Made by a program: the position numbers and the translations under genes
DNA from: an uncultured virus (IMG/VR IMGVR_UViG_3300024272_000044)
Lineage: Duplodnaviria > Heunggongvirae > Uroviricota > Caudoviricetes
DNA length: 56,071 bases
Direction: 5' to 3' (one strand)
IMG/VR virus record: IMGVR_UViG_3300024272_000044
Notes under the pieces: generated by a model
The model's database searches: none
Told to the model about the DNA's origin: nothing
The model's input: the letters and a program-made list of their open reading frames with translations, nothing else
In this document: piece after piece, positions 10,401-20,498 of the stretch
How positions within the stretch are numbered: position 1 is the stretch's first letter
Layout of the letters: every line of letters begins with the position of its first letter

Positions 10401-10651
10401 TTAATTTTAAAACATTCTCAGACCCAACAAAACCACATTTCACACTAAGAAATGTTAGCACTGGGGAAGAGATTAAAACAAGAATTAAACAGTCAAAGTT
10501 ATACAAAGAAGAACCTTTTGGTGATTTTGCTGTTTTAGATATTAGAGGATTCACTTATGCCCATAAAAAGAAAAATATTGGTGGTGAGTGGGTAGAAACA
10601 GATGAACTTGAGCCGATAGTTACAGAATATGAGGTTATGAAAAAATGGTAG
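7472..10651 (+). CDS. dnaE: DNA polymerase III alpha subunit (family C)
   Basis: PHP HLHSDLS, RGSVSGS, FERF...ADVDTD, KLDVLGL, YQEQ, FSLNHA. Confidence 0.95.
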   Translation: MNYTVYHLHSDLSNGVTNIDSVTKYKQYVEYAKELGMTALAFAEHGNIFEWVHKKESIEAAGMKYIHATEAYLTKDTNSEDKHRDNYHCVLIAKNYDGVKELNKLVSKSFNRDDYHYYYAPRIGFDELYATSDNILITTACLGGVLGKGNNDIKTEFLKFLIKNKHRCYLEVQHHNCEAQAVYNKILYAVHQKTGIPLIAGTDTHCLNDIHVDGRGILQKGKNVFFSDEESWDLTFKTYDELVNAYKNQRALPEDVYLEAIENTNRMADSVEEFKLDYGKKYPKLYKDSEKVLREKILEGIKNRGVDKYDNFNEYKEKIQYELETYKHNGAIDFLLLEEDYKSALKKQGVSCGYSRGSVSGSEIAYLLGITEVDSIKYNLNFERFMNKERVSLADVDTDWSKKDRYKVREYLFNKEGLYCCDIITFNTIALKGAIKDVGRALGMSVEETQMISDAVYLDENKKDCIDEFYIKKYPELFKYVDIVKGTIVSIGNHPAGLVVSPYPVDEWFGLCSTKSNENMISQINMKEIDGLSFVKLDVLGLDCVGLINETCDLAGIPRLTPDNISFDDKKVWDEIRDDCTMIFQFESSYAGDYIKQLFSDGTIAKIKEKNKNFSYIDLMSMANGAIRPAGASYRDELSTGKYHDNGHDALNKFLAPTLGYLVYQEQIIEFLHSFCGYTMGEADIVRRGFAKKTGTDKFIPKIKEGFIKTMKEKYNVEEDESNKLIESFIQVIIDASSYLFSLNHATPYSFLGYVVGWLRCYYKLETVTTALNIYEEDSDKCLEILQYAKKHNIELKPIKFGKSGSFYTMDKENNAIYKGISSIKYCNAQIADELLELSKNKYKTFVDLLRDIEDKTSLNSRQLHILTALNFFSEFGNNKYLLNVIEVYDKFANSKIIAKKKMEELGVTDYLIRKYAKKETKAQYRELDNQGLINELCSVLPNESIDMIDQIKLEMEYLEYTTYANPILADHYYVVLNFKTFSDPTKPHFTLRNVSTGEEIKTRIKQSKLYKEEPFGDFAVLDIRGFTYAHKKKNIGGEWVETDELEPIVTEYEVMKKW

Positions 10652-12903
10652 ATGTAAAATATAAATTTAAAGGAGTAATCGAAAGATGCGTATACAACTC
10701 GCCAGATTTTAAAATCTATGCGGTTGCAACAGATAAAAACAAATACCCAGAGTTAAAACAAAATAAATATGGCAACGTCTCCATCTTAGGAGAGTTGTCA
10801 GATTTAACTCTTGGTGTTGAATATGAGTTTACAACTGTGGAACAAGAAAGTAAATATGGCACAAGTTATAAAGTGTTAAATATAAGACGTGATTTGCCAA
10901 CCACAGTTGAGGGAACATATGTTTTCTTATCTGAGATTTTAACAGAAAATCAGGCAAAAACATTGGTAGAAAATTATCCTAATATCATTCAAATGGTAAA
11001 AGATGATAACTTGGATGATATTGATTTATCAAAATTAAAAGGTATTGGTCAGAAAACATTCGATATTATTAAAGAAAAAATTATAACTAACTACTGTTTA
11101 ATGGAGCTAGTTATTGAATTTAAAAACATTTTATCAATGAATATGATTAGAAGAATTTATGAAGCGTATTCTTCAATTGACAAATTAAAAGAGAAATTAA
11201 AAACAAATCCATATACAACACTTACAAGAATTAGTCGTGTTGGATTTAAAACGGCAGATAGTATTATTTTACAGCTTCAAAAAGAAGACATTATTGATTT
11301 CGGATATGATGTAAAAACATCACCAGATAGATGTTTAGCTTGTATTATGTATATTTTAGAAGAGAATGAAAATGAGGGACACACCAAAATGAATTTGGCA
11401 GACTTAAGACAGCAGTGTTTAAAAACTGTACCAAGTTGTGCAAATCATTTCGTAGATGTTATTAAAGATGAAAACATTTATTATAACAAAGATAATATGA
11501 GCGCTTCTTTAGTTGAAACATACAATACAGAAAAGTATATTGCCGATACAATTCTTAATAATTTAAGTAATACTAATAATATTTGGGATTTCAATATTGA
11601 AAGATACAGAGAAGTTGGTGGCTTTACATTATCTGATGAACAGATTAAAATTCTTGATGTTGTGTGTAAAAATAATATTGCAATCTTAAACGGTTTTGCT
11701 GGTAGTGGCAAAACTGCTTCTACACAAGGATTAATTAAAATGCTAAAAGAAAATGATAAAACATTTAGATTATTTAGTCCTACTGGTAGAGCCGCAAAGG
11801 TATTACATGAAAATACAAATGAGCCAGCATCTACTATTCACAGAGGTCTTGGATATATGCCACCATATGATTGGACATATAATTCTTGGCATAAATTAGA
11901 ATCTGATATTGTTATAGTCGATGAGTTTTCAATGGTTGATATCTGGTTGTTTAAAAGATTACTTGATGCCATTGATTTTAAACATACAAAACTTCTTTTA
12001 ATTGGTGATAATGCTCAGTTACCTAGTGTATCATGTGGAAACTTACTTCATGATTTTATGGAAGCAAATATCATCCCAACTGTAACACTTAATAAGATTT
12101 TCAGATATTCAAGTGGTGGATTAATGAAAGTTGCAACAGATACAAGATGTTGTATACCATATTTATCAAGCGAAATGAAAGCTAAAGCAACTACATTCGG
12201 AGGTAATCAAGACTACACATTTATTGATTTGGCATCAGAATCAATTCCTAGAAGCGTAGTAGGGTTATATAAAAAATTATTAGATAATGGTAGCAGCATT
12301 GAAGATATTCAAGTTTTAACAGCGAAAAATGTTGGTGATTGTGGAGCAATTGCACTTAACAATATGATTCAAAGAGTTGCAAATCCTAATTATGGTAGCG
12401 AAGTAAATATGAAAGTTGGAGACACAGTATATTACAAAGGCGACCTAATACTTCAGACAGTAAACAATTATGATGCAACTGTTGACACAAGACACCTACC
12501 AGATGATGATGGTGAACGTACAGTGTTTGAACATGACGAAGAAATTACGGCTTTTGTTGCCAATGGTGAAACTGGTATTATTAAAGAAATTTATAATTCA
12601 TATGTAATCATTGATTTCGGTGGAATCCACGTTAAGTATTATAGAACTGATATGAATAATGTTAAGTTGGGATATGCAATATCAATTCATAAATCTCAGG
12701 GTGGCGGTTTTAAAAAGGTAATCTTATGTACGCCACAAAGTCACATTTTTATGTTAAATAGTAACTTATTATATGTAGGTCTTACACGTATGAAAGAAAG
12801 AATGTATCATTTAGGAACTTTACAGAGTGTTAATCAAGCTGTTAAAAAGAAAGCAAACTTAACTAGACATACATTTATGCAGGAACTTTTGAAAAAATCC
12901 TAA
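10645..12903 (+). CDS. recD2: RecD2/TraA-family SF1B helicase
   Basis: HhH N-terminus, GFAGSGKT, IVDEFSM, GDNAQLPSV, YAISIHKSQG, LYVGLTR. Confidence 0.9.
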   Translation: MVDVKYKFKGVIERCVYNSPDFKIYAVATDKNKYPELKQNKYGNVSILGELSDLTLGVEYEFTTVEQESKYGTSYKVLNIRRDLPTTVEGTYVFLSEILTENQAKTLVENYPNIIQMVKDDNLDDIDLSKLKGIGQKTFDIIKEKIITNYCLMELVIEFKNILSMNMIRRIYEAYSSIDKLKEKLKTNPYTTLTRISRVGFKTADSIILQLQKEDIIDFGYDVKTSPDRCLACIMYILEENENEGHTKMNLADLRQQCLKTVPSCANHFVDVIKDENIYYNKDNMSASLVETYNTEKYIADTILNNLSNTNNIWDFNIERYREVGGFTLSDEQIKILDVVCKNNIAILNGFAGSGKTASTQGLIKMLKENDKTFRLFSPTGRAAKVLHENTNEPASTIHRGLGYMPPYDWTYNSWHKLESDIVIVDEFSMVDIWLFKRLLDAIDFKHTKLLLIGDNAQLPSVSCGNLLHDFMEANIIPTVTLNKIFRYSSGGLMKVATDTRCCIPYLSSEMKAKATTFGGNQDYTFIDLASESIPRSVVGLYKKLLDNGSSIEDIQVLTAKNVGDCGAIALNNMIQRVANPNYGSEVNMKVGDTVYYKGDLILQTVNNYDATVDTRHLPDDDGERTVFEHDEEITAFVANGETGIIKEIYNSYVIIDFGGIHVKYYRTDMNNVKLGYAISIHKSQGGGFKKVILCTPQSHIFMLNSNLLYVGLTRMKERMYHLGTLQSVNQAVKKKANLTRHTFMQELLKKS

Positions 12904-12911
12904 AAAACCTA

Positions 12912-12940
12912 TTGACAAATAATTACAAATAGTATATAAT
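12912..12940 (+). promoter_or_regulatory. Sigma-A-type promoter
   Basis: TTGACA(12912)-17-TATAAT(12935). Confidence 0.85.
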
Positions 12941-12987
12941 ACTCACATAACAGCTCGTAACTGTTAACGTTATAAAGGAGTGATAAA

Positions 12988-13167
12988 ATGAGCGATAAGA
13001 AAACAAACAAAAACAAGTGTAGTTTAAAATGCAAAACTTGTGAACATTACAATCAGATTGGCGATTTCTGTAGAGAAAAAGGCATTGACCATTGTAGTCA
13101 GCAGGTTCATACAGATTTTTCAACTTGCGACAGTTTTTTAATTAGAGAAAATCTAATCATGTTTTAA
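12988..13167 (+). CDS. 59-aa Cys-rich protein (not in ORF track)
   Basis: MSDKKTNKNKCSLKCKTCEHY...; AGGAG RBS. Confidence 0.65.
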   Translation: MSDKKTNKNKCSLKCKTCEHYNQIGDFCREKGIDHCSQQVHTDFSTCDSFLIRENLIMF

Positions 13168-13180
13168 TGGAGGTGAAATA

Positions 13181-15151
13181 GTGAATCATAGTGAATTAAG
13201 TTTAATGCGTGGAATGGTTTCCGTACTTAATGAAGCAAGCGATGCTTATTATAATGGTAAAACACCGATTATGACAGACGAACAGTTTGATATGAGATTA
13301 GAAGACCTTAGACAGTTCGAAGAAGAAACTGGCTTTGTGTTTTCTAATTCTCCAACGCAGAATGTTGGATATAAGGTGTTAACAGAACTTAAAGAAGTCG
13401 AGCATAATCATCCAATGCTTAGTTTAGATAAGTGCCATACAATTGATGAAATTGTTAAATTTGCAAATAATAAATATCTTGTTACAAGTATTAAGCTGGA
13501 TGGGCTAACTATATCATTATTATATGAAGATGGTGTGCTTGTAAGAGGGGAAACAAGGGGAGATGGTCATGTAGGTTCTGATGTAACAGAACATGTTAAA
13601 CAGTTCTTAAATGTACCATTAAAAATTGATAAGACTGGAACGTATATTGTTGATGGTGAAGCTATTATTACTGATGAAGATTTTGCAGAAGTAAATAAAA
13701 ATGGAGAGTATAAGAATAGTAGAAACTTAGCAAGTGGTACTTTGTCTGTGCTCGACACATCTTTAGTAGCGAAAAGAAAATTAAAATTTTTTGCTTGGGA
13801 TATCATTAAAGGTGGATGCAGTGACAGTCTTAGAAATAATTTAAAAGAAGCAAAAGAACTTGGATTTGATGTAGTTCCAAACTGGCTTGCAAGTACTTTA
13901 GACCCAAAGAATCTTGAGAGTAATTTAGATTATGTATTTGATTTTGCCGCTGAAGACGGATTCCCTTGTGACGGTATTGTGTTCAAATTTGATGATATTG
14001 AATATGGTAAATCTTTAGGTGCTACAAGCCATCATTTCAAAAATGGTATTGCATATAAAAGAAAAGATGCAGTGTATGAAACAGAATTATTGGATATTGA
14101 ATGGACTATGGGCAAAACTGGTGTATTAACTCCAACTGCCGTTTTTAAAGAAGTAGAAATTGATGGTACTATGGTAAGTCGTGCCTCCGTACATAACGTT
14201 TCAATCTTAACGGATTTAGCACTTATGAAAGGTGATAAGATTAAAGTATATAAAGCCAACATGATTATTCCTCAGGTAAAAAGAAATGTAAGTGCAGAAA
14301 TTAGAGATAATATTGGTGGAATTACAACAATTGATTTACCAACAGAATGTCCTATTTGCAAAGCGAAAACAGAAGTTAAGAAAGATAACAATACAGAAAT
14401 TCTTGTTTGCACAAATCCACATTGTAAAGGAAAGTTATTGGGCAAATTAACGCACTTCGTTTCTAAGAACGCAATGAATATCGATGGAATGAGCGAAGCA
14501 ACATTAGAGTTTCTTATTGAAAGAGGATGGGTAAATTCATTTAAAGATATTTATAAACTTGATTATTATAGAGAACCTTGGAAAGAATATGATGGTTTTG
14601 GTGACAAATCGGTTGATAAATTATTAGATGCGATTGAAGAAAGTAAACATACAACATTAGATAGATTTATTTATTCATTAAGCATCCCTCTTATTGGTAG
14701 AAGTGCAAGTAAAACAATCGCAAAATATTTTGATTATGATTATAAGAAATTTGACGATGCTTGGGATTCTGCATATGGATTTGATTGGACTCAGTTAGAT
14801 GACTTTGGTTCAAATACAAATACATCAATGATTAATTATTATTTGGATAATTTTAAAATGGTTTCAGAACTTGCAGAATATTTAACATTTGAAAAACCAA
14901 AAACAACTTCTAATTCAAATAGCTTAAATGGTAAAACATTTTGCATTACTGGTTCTTTAATTTATTTCTCAAATAGAGATGAAGCTAAAGAAAAAATTGA
15001 ATCTTTAGGTGGTAAAGTAGTTAGCGGTGTAACAAAGAAAACAAATTATCTTGTTTGCAATGAAGCATCTAACTCTTCAAAATATAAGAAAGCGACAGAG
15101 CTTGGAATTACAATCATTTCTGAAGTTGAGCTTGCAGAAATGTTGAAATAA
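13181..15151 (+). CDS. ligA: NAD-dependent DNA ligase
   Basis: MLSLDK, KLDG, TRGDG, RNLASG, DGIVFK, Cys4 finger, C-terminal BRCT. Confidence 0.95.
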   Translation: MNHSELSLMRGMVSVLNEASDAYYNGKTPIMTDEQFDMRLEDLRQFEEETGFVFSNSPTQNVGYKVLTELKEVEHNHPMLSLDKCHTIDEIVKFANNKYLVTSIKLDGLTISLLYEDGVLVRGETRGDGHVGSDVTEHVKQFLNVPLKIDKTGTYIVDGEAIITDEDFAEVNKNGEYKNSRNLASGTLSVLDTSLVAKRKLKFFAWDIIKGGCSDSLRNNLKEAKELGFDVVPNWLASTLDPKNLESNLDYVFDFAAEDGFPCDGIVFKFDDIEYGKSLGATSHHFKNGIAYKRKDAVYETELLDIEWTMGKTGVLTPTAVFKEVEIDGTMVSRASVHNVSILTDLALMKGDKIKVYKANMIIPQVKRNVSAEIRDNIGGITTIDLPTECPICKAKTEVKKDNNTEILVCTNPHCKGKLLGKLTHFVSKNAMNIDGMSEATLEFLIERGWVNSFKDIYKLDYYREPWKEYDGFGDKSVDKLLDAIEESKHTTLDRFIYSLSIPLIGRSASKTIAKYFDYDYKKFDDAWDSAYGFDWTQLDDFGSNTNTSMINYYLDNFKMVSELAEYLTFEKPKTTSNSNSLNGKTFCITGSLIYFSNRDEAKEKIESLGGKVVSGVTKKTNYLVCNEASNSSKYKKATELGITIISEVELAEMLK

Positions 15152-15184
15152 ATAAAAAATAAAGTTATAAGGAGGAATGTGGTT

Positions 15185-17401
15185 ATGGTTAACATTGTTG
15201 TTAAACGCGATGGAAGAGAAGATGTCTATAACCCCAATAAGATTTGTATAGCAATTGGAAAGGCTTTTAAAGATATCGATGGTGATATCACAGATGAATC
15301 AAAAGTAATTATTGATAGAATTACAAATCAGATTACAGAAACTGGCAAAAAGAAAATGTCTGTTGAAGAAATTCAAGACATTGTAGAAACAAAATTAATG
15401 GCAAGCAATCGTAAAGATGTTGCAAAACAGTATATTTTATATCGCAATGAAAGAACTAAGGCTCGTGAAAGAAATAGTAAATTAATCAAATCTGTATCAG
15501 AAAAACTTATGGCTAAAAACGTACAGAATCAGAACGCTAATGTTGATGAGAAGTCGTTTGGTGGTCGTATGGGAGAAGCAAATGATGCAGTAATGAAACA
15601 GTATGCATTAGATTATTGTATGTCTGAGATGGCCAAAAACAATCATTTAAATAATGAAGTTTATATTCACGACCTTAACTCATACGCTGTTGGAATGCAC
15701 AATTGTATGAGTATCCCATTTGATAAATTGCTTGCAAATGGATTTAATACAAGACAGACAGATGTTAGACCAGCTCAATCTGTAAGCACAGCATTTCAGT
15801 TAGTTGCTGTAATTTTCCAGTTACAGAGCTTGCAGCAGTTCGGTGGTGTTTCTGCAACTCACTTAGATTGGACTATGATTCCATACGTTAGAAAGAGCTT
15901 TGCAAAGCATTTTAAAAATGGAGTTAAATACATTTTAAAAGATGAAGAGTACGCAAAGATTGTTCCAAAAGAATTGTCATTTAATGACCTTGAAGCAAAT
16001 TCAGAGCAGAACAAAGAAGCATATAAATATGCAATGGATATGGTAGAAAAAGAAGTACGTCAGTCTGTTGAAGCCATGTACCACAATTTAAACACATTAC
16101 AGTCTCGCTCTGGTAATCAGTTACCATTTACATCTATTAACTATGGTACTTGTACAGAACCAGAGGGTCGTATGGTGACAAAAGCATTACTTGAGGTATC
16201 TATCGATGGTATTGGAAGTCTTCATAAAACATCCATTTTCCCTTGTGGAATCTTCCAGTGTATGAAAGGTGTTAATAGAAAACCAGAAGACCCTAACTAT
16301 GATTTGTTCCAGTTAGCATTAAAATCTACTGCACAGAGATTGTATCCTAACTATGCAAATGTAGATTGGTCTGGAAATGCTGGATATGATATTAATGACC
16401 CTCAGACGTATTTCAGCACAATGGGATGTCGTACTGCAAATGGATGGGATATTAATGGATTAAAACAGCAGAAAGATGGACGTGGCAATATTTGTCCAGT
16501 AACAATTATTATGCCTACTTTAGCAATGCAGGCAAAAGAATCTTTTATGAGTGAATATGACGACAATATTGTTGAAGTATTTATGGAATTATTAGATAAG
16601 AAAATTCACGAGGCAAAAGACATGCTTCTTGAACGTTTTGAATGGATTTGTTCACAGTCTCCAGACTCGGCTAAATTCATGTATGAAAATGGAGTAATGG
16701 AGGGATATATTCCAGAAGAGGGAATTCGTTCAGCTCTTAAACATGGAACAATTGTAATCGGACAGCTTGGGCTTGCAGAAACGCTTGAAATTCTTATTGG
16801 ATGCAATCATACAACAGAAAAAGGTATGGAGCTTGCTAAACGCATTGAACAGTTATTTAAAGATAGATGTGCAGAATTTAAAGAAGAGTACAAATTAAAC
16901 TTTGGTGTTTATTATACACCAGCAGAAAATCTTTGCTTTACAGCTATGAGTAAATTCAAAGAAAAATACGGTGTAATTCCTAAAGTTTCAGATAAGAAAT
17001 TCTTTACTAACTCAATGCATGTTCCAGTTTGGGAAAAGATGAATCCATTTGAAAAAATTGATATTGAGTCTCAGTTAACTGGCTACAGTAGTGCTGGATG
17101 TATTACATATATTGAACTGGATTCAACTGTTAAAAACAACTTAGAAGCATTAGAAGATATCGTGAACTATGCTATGGACAAAGATATTCCATACTTTGCA
17201 GTAAACGTACCTAATGATACTTGCATGCAGTGTGGTTATACAGATGAAATCTCTCATATGTGTCCTATGTGTGGTGGAGATGAAATTCAGAGACTTAGAC
17301 GTGTTACTGGATATTTAACTGGTGATTATACTAGTGCATTCAATGAGGGAAAACAAGAAGAAGTTGGCTTACGTGTAAAACATGACGGAGGAACTCTATA
17401 G
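15185..17401 (+). CDS. nrdD: Anaerobic (class III) ribonucleoside-triphosphate reductase with ATP cone
   Basis: VVKRDG ATP cone, YIHDL, MGCRT, TPAE, CxxC..CxxC, RRVTGYL. Confidence 0.95.
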   Translation: MVNIVVKRDGREDVYNPNKICIAIGKAFKDIDGDITDESKVIIDRITNQITETGKKKMSVEEIQDIVETKLMASNRKDVAKQYILYRNERTKARERNSKLIKSVSEKLMAKNVQNQNANVDEKSFGGRMGEANDAVMKQYALDYCMSEMAKNNHLNNEVYIHDLNSYAVGMHNCMSIPFDKLLANGFNTRQTDVRPAQSVSTAFQLVAVIFQLQSLQQFGGVSATHLDWTMIPYVRKSFAKHFKNGVKYILKDEEYAKIVPKELSFNDLEANSEQNKEAYKYAMDMVEKEVRQSVEAMYHNLNTLQSRSGNQLPFTSINYGTCTEPEGRMVTKALLEVSIDGIGSLHKTSIFPCGIFQCMKGVNRKPEDPNYDLFQLALKSTAQRLYPNYANVDWSGNAGYDINDPQTYFSTMGCRTANGWDINGLKQQKDGRGNICPVTIIMPTLAMQAKESFMSEYDDNIVEVFMELLDKKIHEAKDMLLERFEWICSQSPDSAKFMYENGVMEGYIPEEGIRSALKHGTIVIGQLGLAETLEILIGCNHTTEKGMELAKRIEQLFKDRCAEFKEEYKLNFGVYYTPAENLCFTAMSKFKEKYGVIPKVSDKKFFTNSMHVPVWEKMNPFEKIDIESQLTGYSSAGCITYIELDSTVKNNLEALEDIVNYAMDKDIPYFAVNVPNDTCMQCGYTDEISHMCPMCGGDEIQRLRRVTGYLTGDYTSAFNEGKQEEVGLRVKHDGGTL

Positions 17402-17928
17402 TGAGATACGCACAGATTTTGCCATTTGAAGTATGTAATGGAGAGGGAATAGGATGTTCCCTCTTCACACAAGGATGTAAATTTCATTGTAAAGGCTGTT
17501 TTAATGAAGAGGCTTGGGATTTTAATGGCGGCAAAGAATGGACAGAAGAAATTGAAGAAAAATTTTTAGAGTTAATTAGTAAACCATATATTAAGAGAAT
17601 TAGTATTCTTGGCGGAGAGCCATTAGCTAATTTAAATGTTAGAAAAGTATATTTGTTAACAAAAAGAATTAAACATCTGTTCCCAGATAAAAAGATATGG
17701 TTATATAGTGGATATACATATGATGAAATAATGAATCAAGATTTTGACACATTTCTTAATTGGACTCAAGCAGACGATTATAGAAAGTTTATATTAGAAG
17801 AAAATATAGATGTTTTTGTTGACGGCAGATATATAGATAAATTAAGAGATGTTACATTAAAATTTCGTGGTAGTGGCAATCAGAATATCTGGAAAAAGGA
17901 AAATGGCGTATGGGTAAAGACAACGTAG
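17401..17928 (+). CDS. nrdG: Anaerobic RNR activase (radical SAM)
   Basis: GCKFHCKGCFN, LGGEP, FRGSGNQ. Confidence 0.95.
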   Translation: MRYAQILPFEVCNGEGIGCSLFTQGCKFHCKGCFNEEAWDFNGGKEWTEEIEEKFLELISKPYIKRISILGGEPLANLNVRKVYLLTKRIKHLFPDKKIWLYSGYTYDEIMNQDFDTFLNWTQADDYRKFILEENIDVFVDGRYIDKLRDVTLKFRGSGNQNIWKKENGVWVKTT

Positions 17929-18197
17929 TAAAATTAAAAAAGAAAGATATTGTATATTACGCCAAAATAATGCCAAGCGTAGGAGTCTATGATTTATGCG
18001 AATTAAAGGTTAGAACTGTAGCAGACGATTATTTTGTTGGTATAGACAAGCATGACAAGCATGCTTATTTATTAAACTATAATGCTTTTGGCAAAACAGT
18101 TTTCGAAGATAGAAAGGTCGCATTAAAAGTAGTCCAAGAAGCAGAAAAGAAGAAAACAAAAGTAGTAAGCAATGAATCTTACTATGAAGAATATTAG
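17910..18197 (+). CDS. Hypothetical protein
   Basis: ORF in operon. Confidence 0.65.
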   Translation: MGKDNVVKLKKKDIVYYAKIMPSVGVYDLCELKVRTVADDYFVGIDKHDKHAYLLNYNAFGKTVFEDRKVALKVVQEAEKKKTKVVSNESYYEEY

Positions 18198-18209
18198 AGG
18201 GTGATAAAA

Positions 18210-18659
18210 ATGAAAACAAGAGGATTTGAAGTTGTAATTGATAGCAAAAGAAAAACTACTGACGATGTAACATTACCAACTAGGGGTTCTAGTACTGCAA
18301 TGGCATATGATTTCTATGCTAATGATACATACGTAGCAGCACCAAACGGTATTGTAAAAGTATGGACTGATGTAAAAGCCTATATGAAAGAAGATGAATG
18401 TTTAATTCTGAATGTTAGAAGTTCTATGGGTGGTAAGTGGATGTTAGCCAACACTTCTGGATGGATTGATTCGGATTATTACTCTAATGATGGAAATGAT
18501 GGCAACATTGGCATCTTCTTAAAAAACATTAGTAATGATGTATTAACAATTAATAAAGGAGATAGAGTTGCTCAGGGAGCATTCTTTAACTTCTTAGTTG
18601 CTGATAATGGTAATACAGACAATGTAAGAGTTGGTGGATTCGGTAGTACAAATAAATAA
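18210..18659 (+). CDS. dut: Trimeric dUTPase
   Basis: AMAYDF, RSS, GWIDSDY, GDRVAQG, RVGGFGST. Confidence 0.9.
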   Translation: MKTRGFEVVIDSKRKTTDDVTLPTRGSSTAMAYDFYANDTYVAAPNGIVKVWTDVKAYMKEDECLILNVRSSMGGKWMLANTSGWIDSDYYSNDGNDGNIGIFLKNISNDVLTINKGDRVAQGAFFNFLVADNGNTDNVRVGGFGSTNK

Positions 18660-18678
18660 AATTATAAGAGGTACAATT

Positions 18679-18918
18679 ATGAAAACAAGAGCAGAGAGAA
18701 GAAAAAACGATTATAACAAGGCAATCAGAAAAAAGAATATCGCAGAGCATAATCATGGAGCGTCATTATATGATAATCTGCATCAATACTCTAAGAACAA
18801 AGTTCATTGCTCTTGTCCGTTATGTGCTGGCAAGACTGATTTCAATTGTAAACATGGCATGACTCATTCAGACAAATTAAAAATTGATTCTATGAATGAC
18901 AGATTGGCAGACATGTAA
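18679..18918 (+). CDS. Basic phage protein with HCSCPLC motif
   Basis: Start MKTRAERR at 18679 after AGAGGT. Confidence 0.65.
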   Translation: MKTRAERRKNDYNKAIRKKNIAEHNHGASLYDNLHQYSKNKVHCSCPLCAGKTDFNCKHGMTHSDKLKIDSMNDRLADM

Positions 18919-18926
18919 TTTTTTAA

Positions 18927-18974
18927 CTACTATATATAGTGTGTTAGCATTTTCTAATGCACTATATATAGTGC
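18927..18974. promoter_or_regulatory. Tandem NrdR-box-like operators
   Basis: ACTATATATAGTG at 18929 and 18961 (32 bp apart); second is the perfect palindrome GCACTATATATAGTGC. Confidence 0.7.
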
Positions 18975-19019
18975 AAAATAGCACTTAAAATCCCAATTTT
19001 ATTAGGTGGTGAATGAAAT

Positions 19020-19292
19020 ATGTTTATAATCATGCATAAGAGCGGTCTTTATTTTCATAATAAAGGCAGAATTATCTTGTTTGAATCTCAACAAGAAGCA
19101 CAAAATTTCATGGAAATGTTTATTAATTATTCTATGAGTGAATTAGGTAAAGAGGGTCGAGTGGCTGAAACAATGAAAGTTCCAATTGTTGTAATGCATG
19201 AATGTGCAATTATGCCAGTAGATTTTGATATTGAAACTATTGAATGTGGAACTGTTTTAGCCAGAGAGTTGTTTAAAGGTAAGGAGTATTAG
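19020..19292 (+). CDS. Hypothetical protein
   Basis: ORF. Confidence 0.65.
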   Translation: MFIIMHKSGLYFHNKGRIILFESQQEAQNFMEMFINYSMSELGKEGRVAETMKVPIVVMHECAIMPVDFDIETIECGTVLARELFKGKEY

Positions 19293-19294
19293 TT

Positions 19295-19963
19295 ATGGCA
19301 AATTATTTGATGAGATACAAAGGACAATATAGACTACTATGTGAATTAGACCAAGACACAAATGATTTTCCTAGGGACGCAGATGGGAACATTGAAGATA
19401 TAGATGTTTATATTTCGTGTCAAAATGGAAATAGAATTTACACATATGGTCATATTGATAATAAGAGACCAGTGTGGTTGGTTGCATATATACCATCAAT
19501 TGGACGTGGTCATAATATTATTAAAGCAGTTAAAGAAAGTGGTATTGAATATGTTGACCATATTGAAAATGACGAAGAAGTAGAATTCAAATTTAAAGCT
19601 GCTGACATTGAAATTGTAGCAGAATTATTAAAAGCACGTACAAGTGGAGCTAGTATCTCACCATTTTCAAGCCGTAATCTTCCAAAGTCAAATGTGGAAA
19701 TACCAGCCGAGAAAATCGCACTATATAAAGAAATTACCAAGGATGTGCCTAAAGGCGAGCTACTTTCCATCTCAAGAGTTACGAATGATTTCTTAGACGA
19801 TATCATGTCAAAAAGTCTTTGCAAGAGAGGCAAGAAGCAATCTGAATCCTTTAATATAAAAGATGATATGAAGAAAATGAAGCTGGCTAGACAAAGCAAA
19901 GAGTACATTTATGTAAAAGGCTTCTGGGATGAATATTTAAATTATCTTAAGGATAATTTATAA
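19295..19963 (+). CDS. Hypothetical phage protein
   Basis: ORF with AGGAG RBS. Confidence 0.75.
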   Translation: MANYLMRYKGQYRLLCELDQDTNDFPRDADGNIEDIDVYISCQNGNRIYTYGHIDNKRPVWLVAYIPSIGRGHNIIKAVKESGIEYVDHIENDEEVEFKFKAADIEIVAELLKARTSGASISPFSSRNLPKSNVEIPAEKIALYKEITKDVPKGELLSISRVTNDFLDDIMSKSLCKRGKKQSESFNIKDDMKKMKLARQSKEYIYVKGFWDEYLNYLKDNL

Positions 19964-19981
19964 TTTTTCCCAAAAAAGTAC

Positions 19982-20010
19982 TTACAATCAATAATGTTAT
20001 ATGCTATAAT
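19982..20010 (+). promoter_or_regulatory. Sigma-A-type promoter
   Basis: TTACAA-17-TATAAT with extended TG and the same upstream A-tract as other promoters. Confidence 0.65.
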
Positions 20011-20035
20011 GCATACATAAACGAAAGGGAAGTAT

Positions 20036-20491
20036 ATGAATATAGAATTAATCAGACAGACATTTGATTGTTATGATGGTTATAAATATAAGCCATTTGA
20101 ATGGTGTTGTGAAAAACTAAAAAACAATCCTATAATTAATTTGGTTTGCGAATACACAGATGAATGCGAAGATACAATTACTCCATCAATTTCTATAAGA
20201 TTCACAGAATCATTTTATGACTGGGGAGATGAATATGAAGAAGAAACTTATTATAAGTTAACTCATTGTCCATTCTGTGGAGAACCAATTGTAATTAACG
20301 TCATTGGCGAAGAAGATGTGACCGAGAAATACGTTGAATTACACAAAGAAAGAGATAAGATGTGGAAGAAGTATACAAGAACTGATAGCAAGAAAAAAGA
20401 AGCCGAATTAAGAAAAGTAGTATACGAATTAGATGATAAGGTTAATTACTTCCACAATCTGTCAGAATATAAAAACATTGAAGAAATGTAA
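20036..20491 (+). CDS. Hypothetical protein with CPFCG zinc motif
   Basis: WCCE...HCPFCG. Confidence 0.7.
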   Translation: MNIELIRQTFDCYDGYKYKPFEWCCEKLKNNPIINLVCEYTDECEDTITPSISIRFTESFYDWGDEYEEETYYKLTHCPFCGEPIVINVIGEEDVTEKYVELHKERDKMWKKYTRTDSKKKEAELRKVVYELDDKVNYFHNLSEYKNIEEM

Positions 20492-20498
20492 AAAGTCT

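Noticed and set aside
7472..17401. Inteins or introns in dnaE, helicase, ligase, nrdD
   Set aside because: Lengths are ordinary, ORFs are uninterrupted and no splicing motifs were seen.
18657..18672. TAAAATTATAAGAGGT as another cassette site
   Set aside because: Lacks the 6-bp spacer and exact right arm; not counted.
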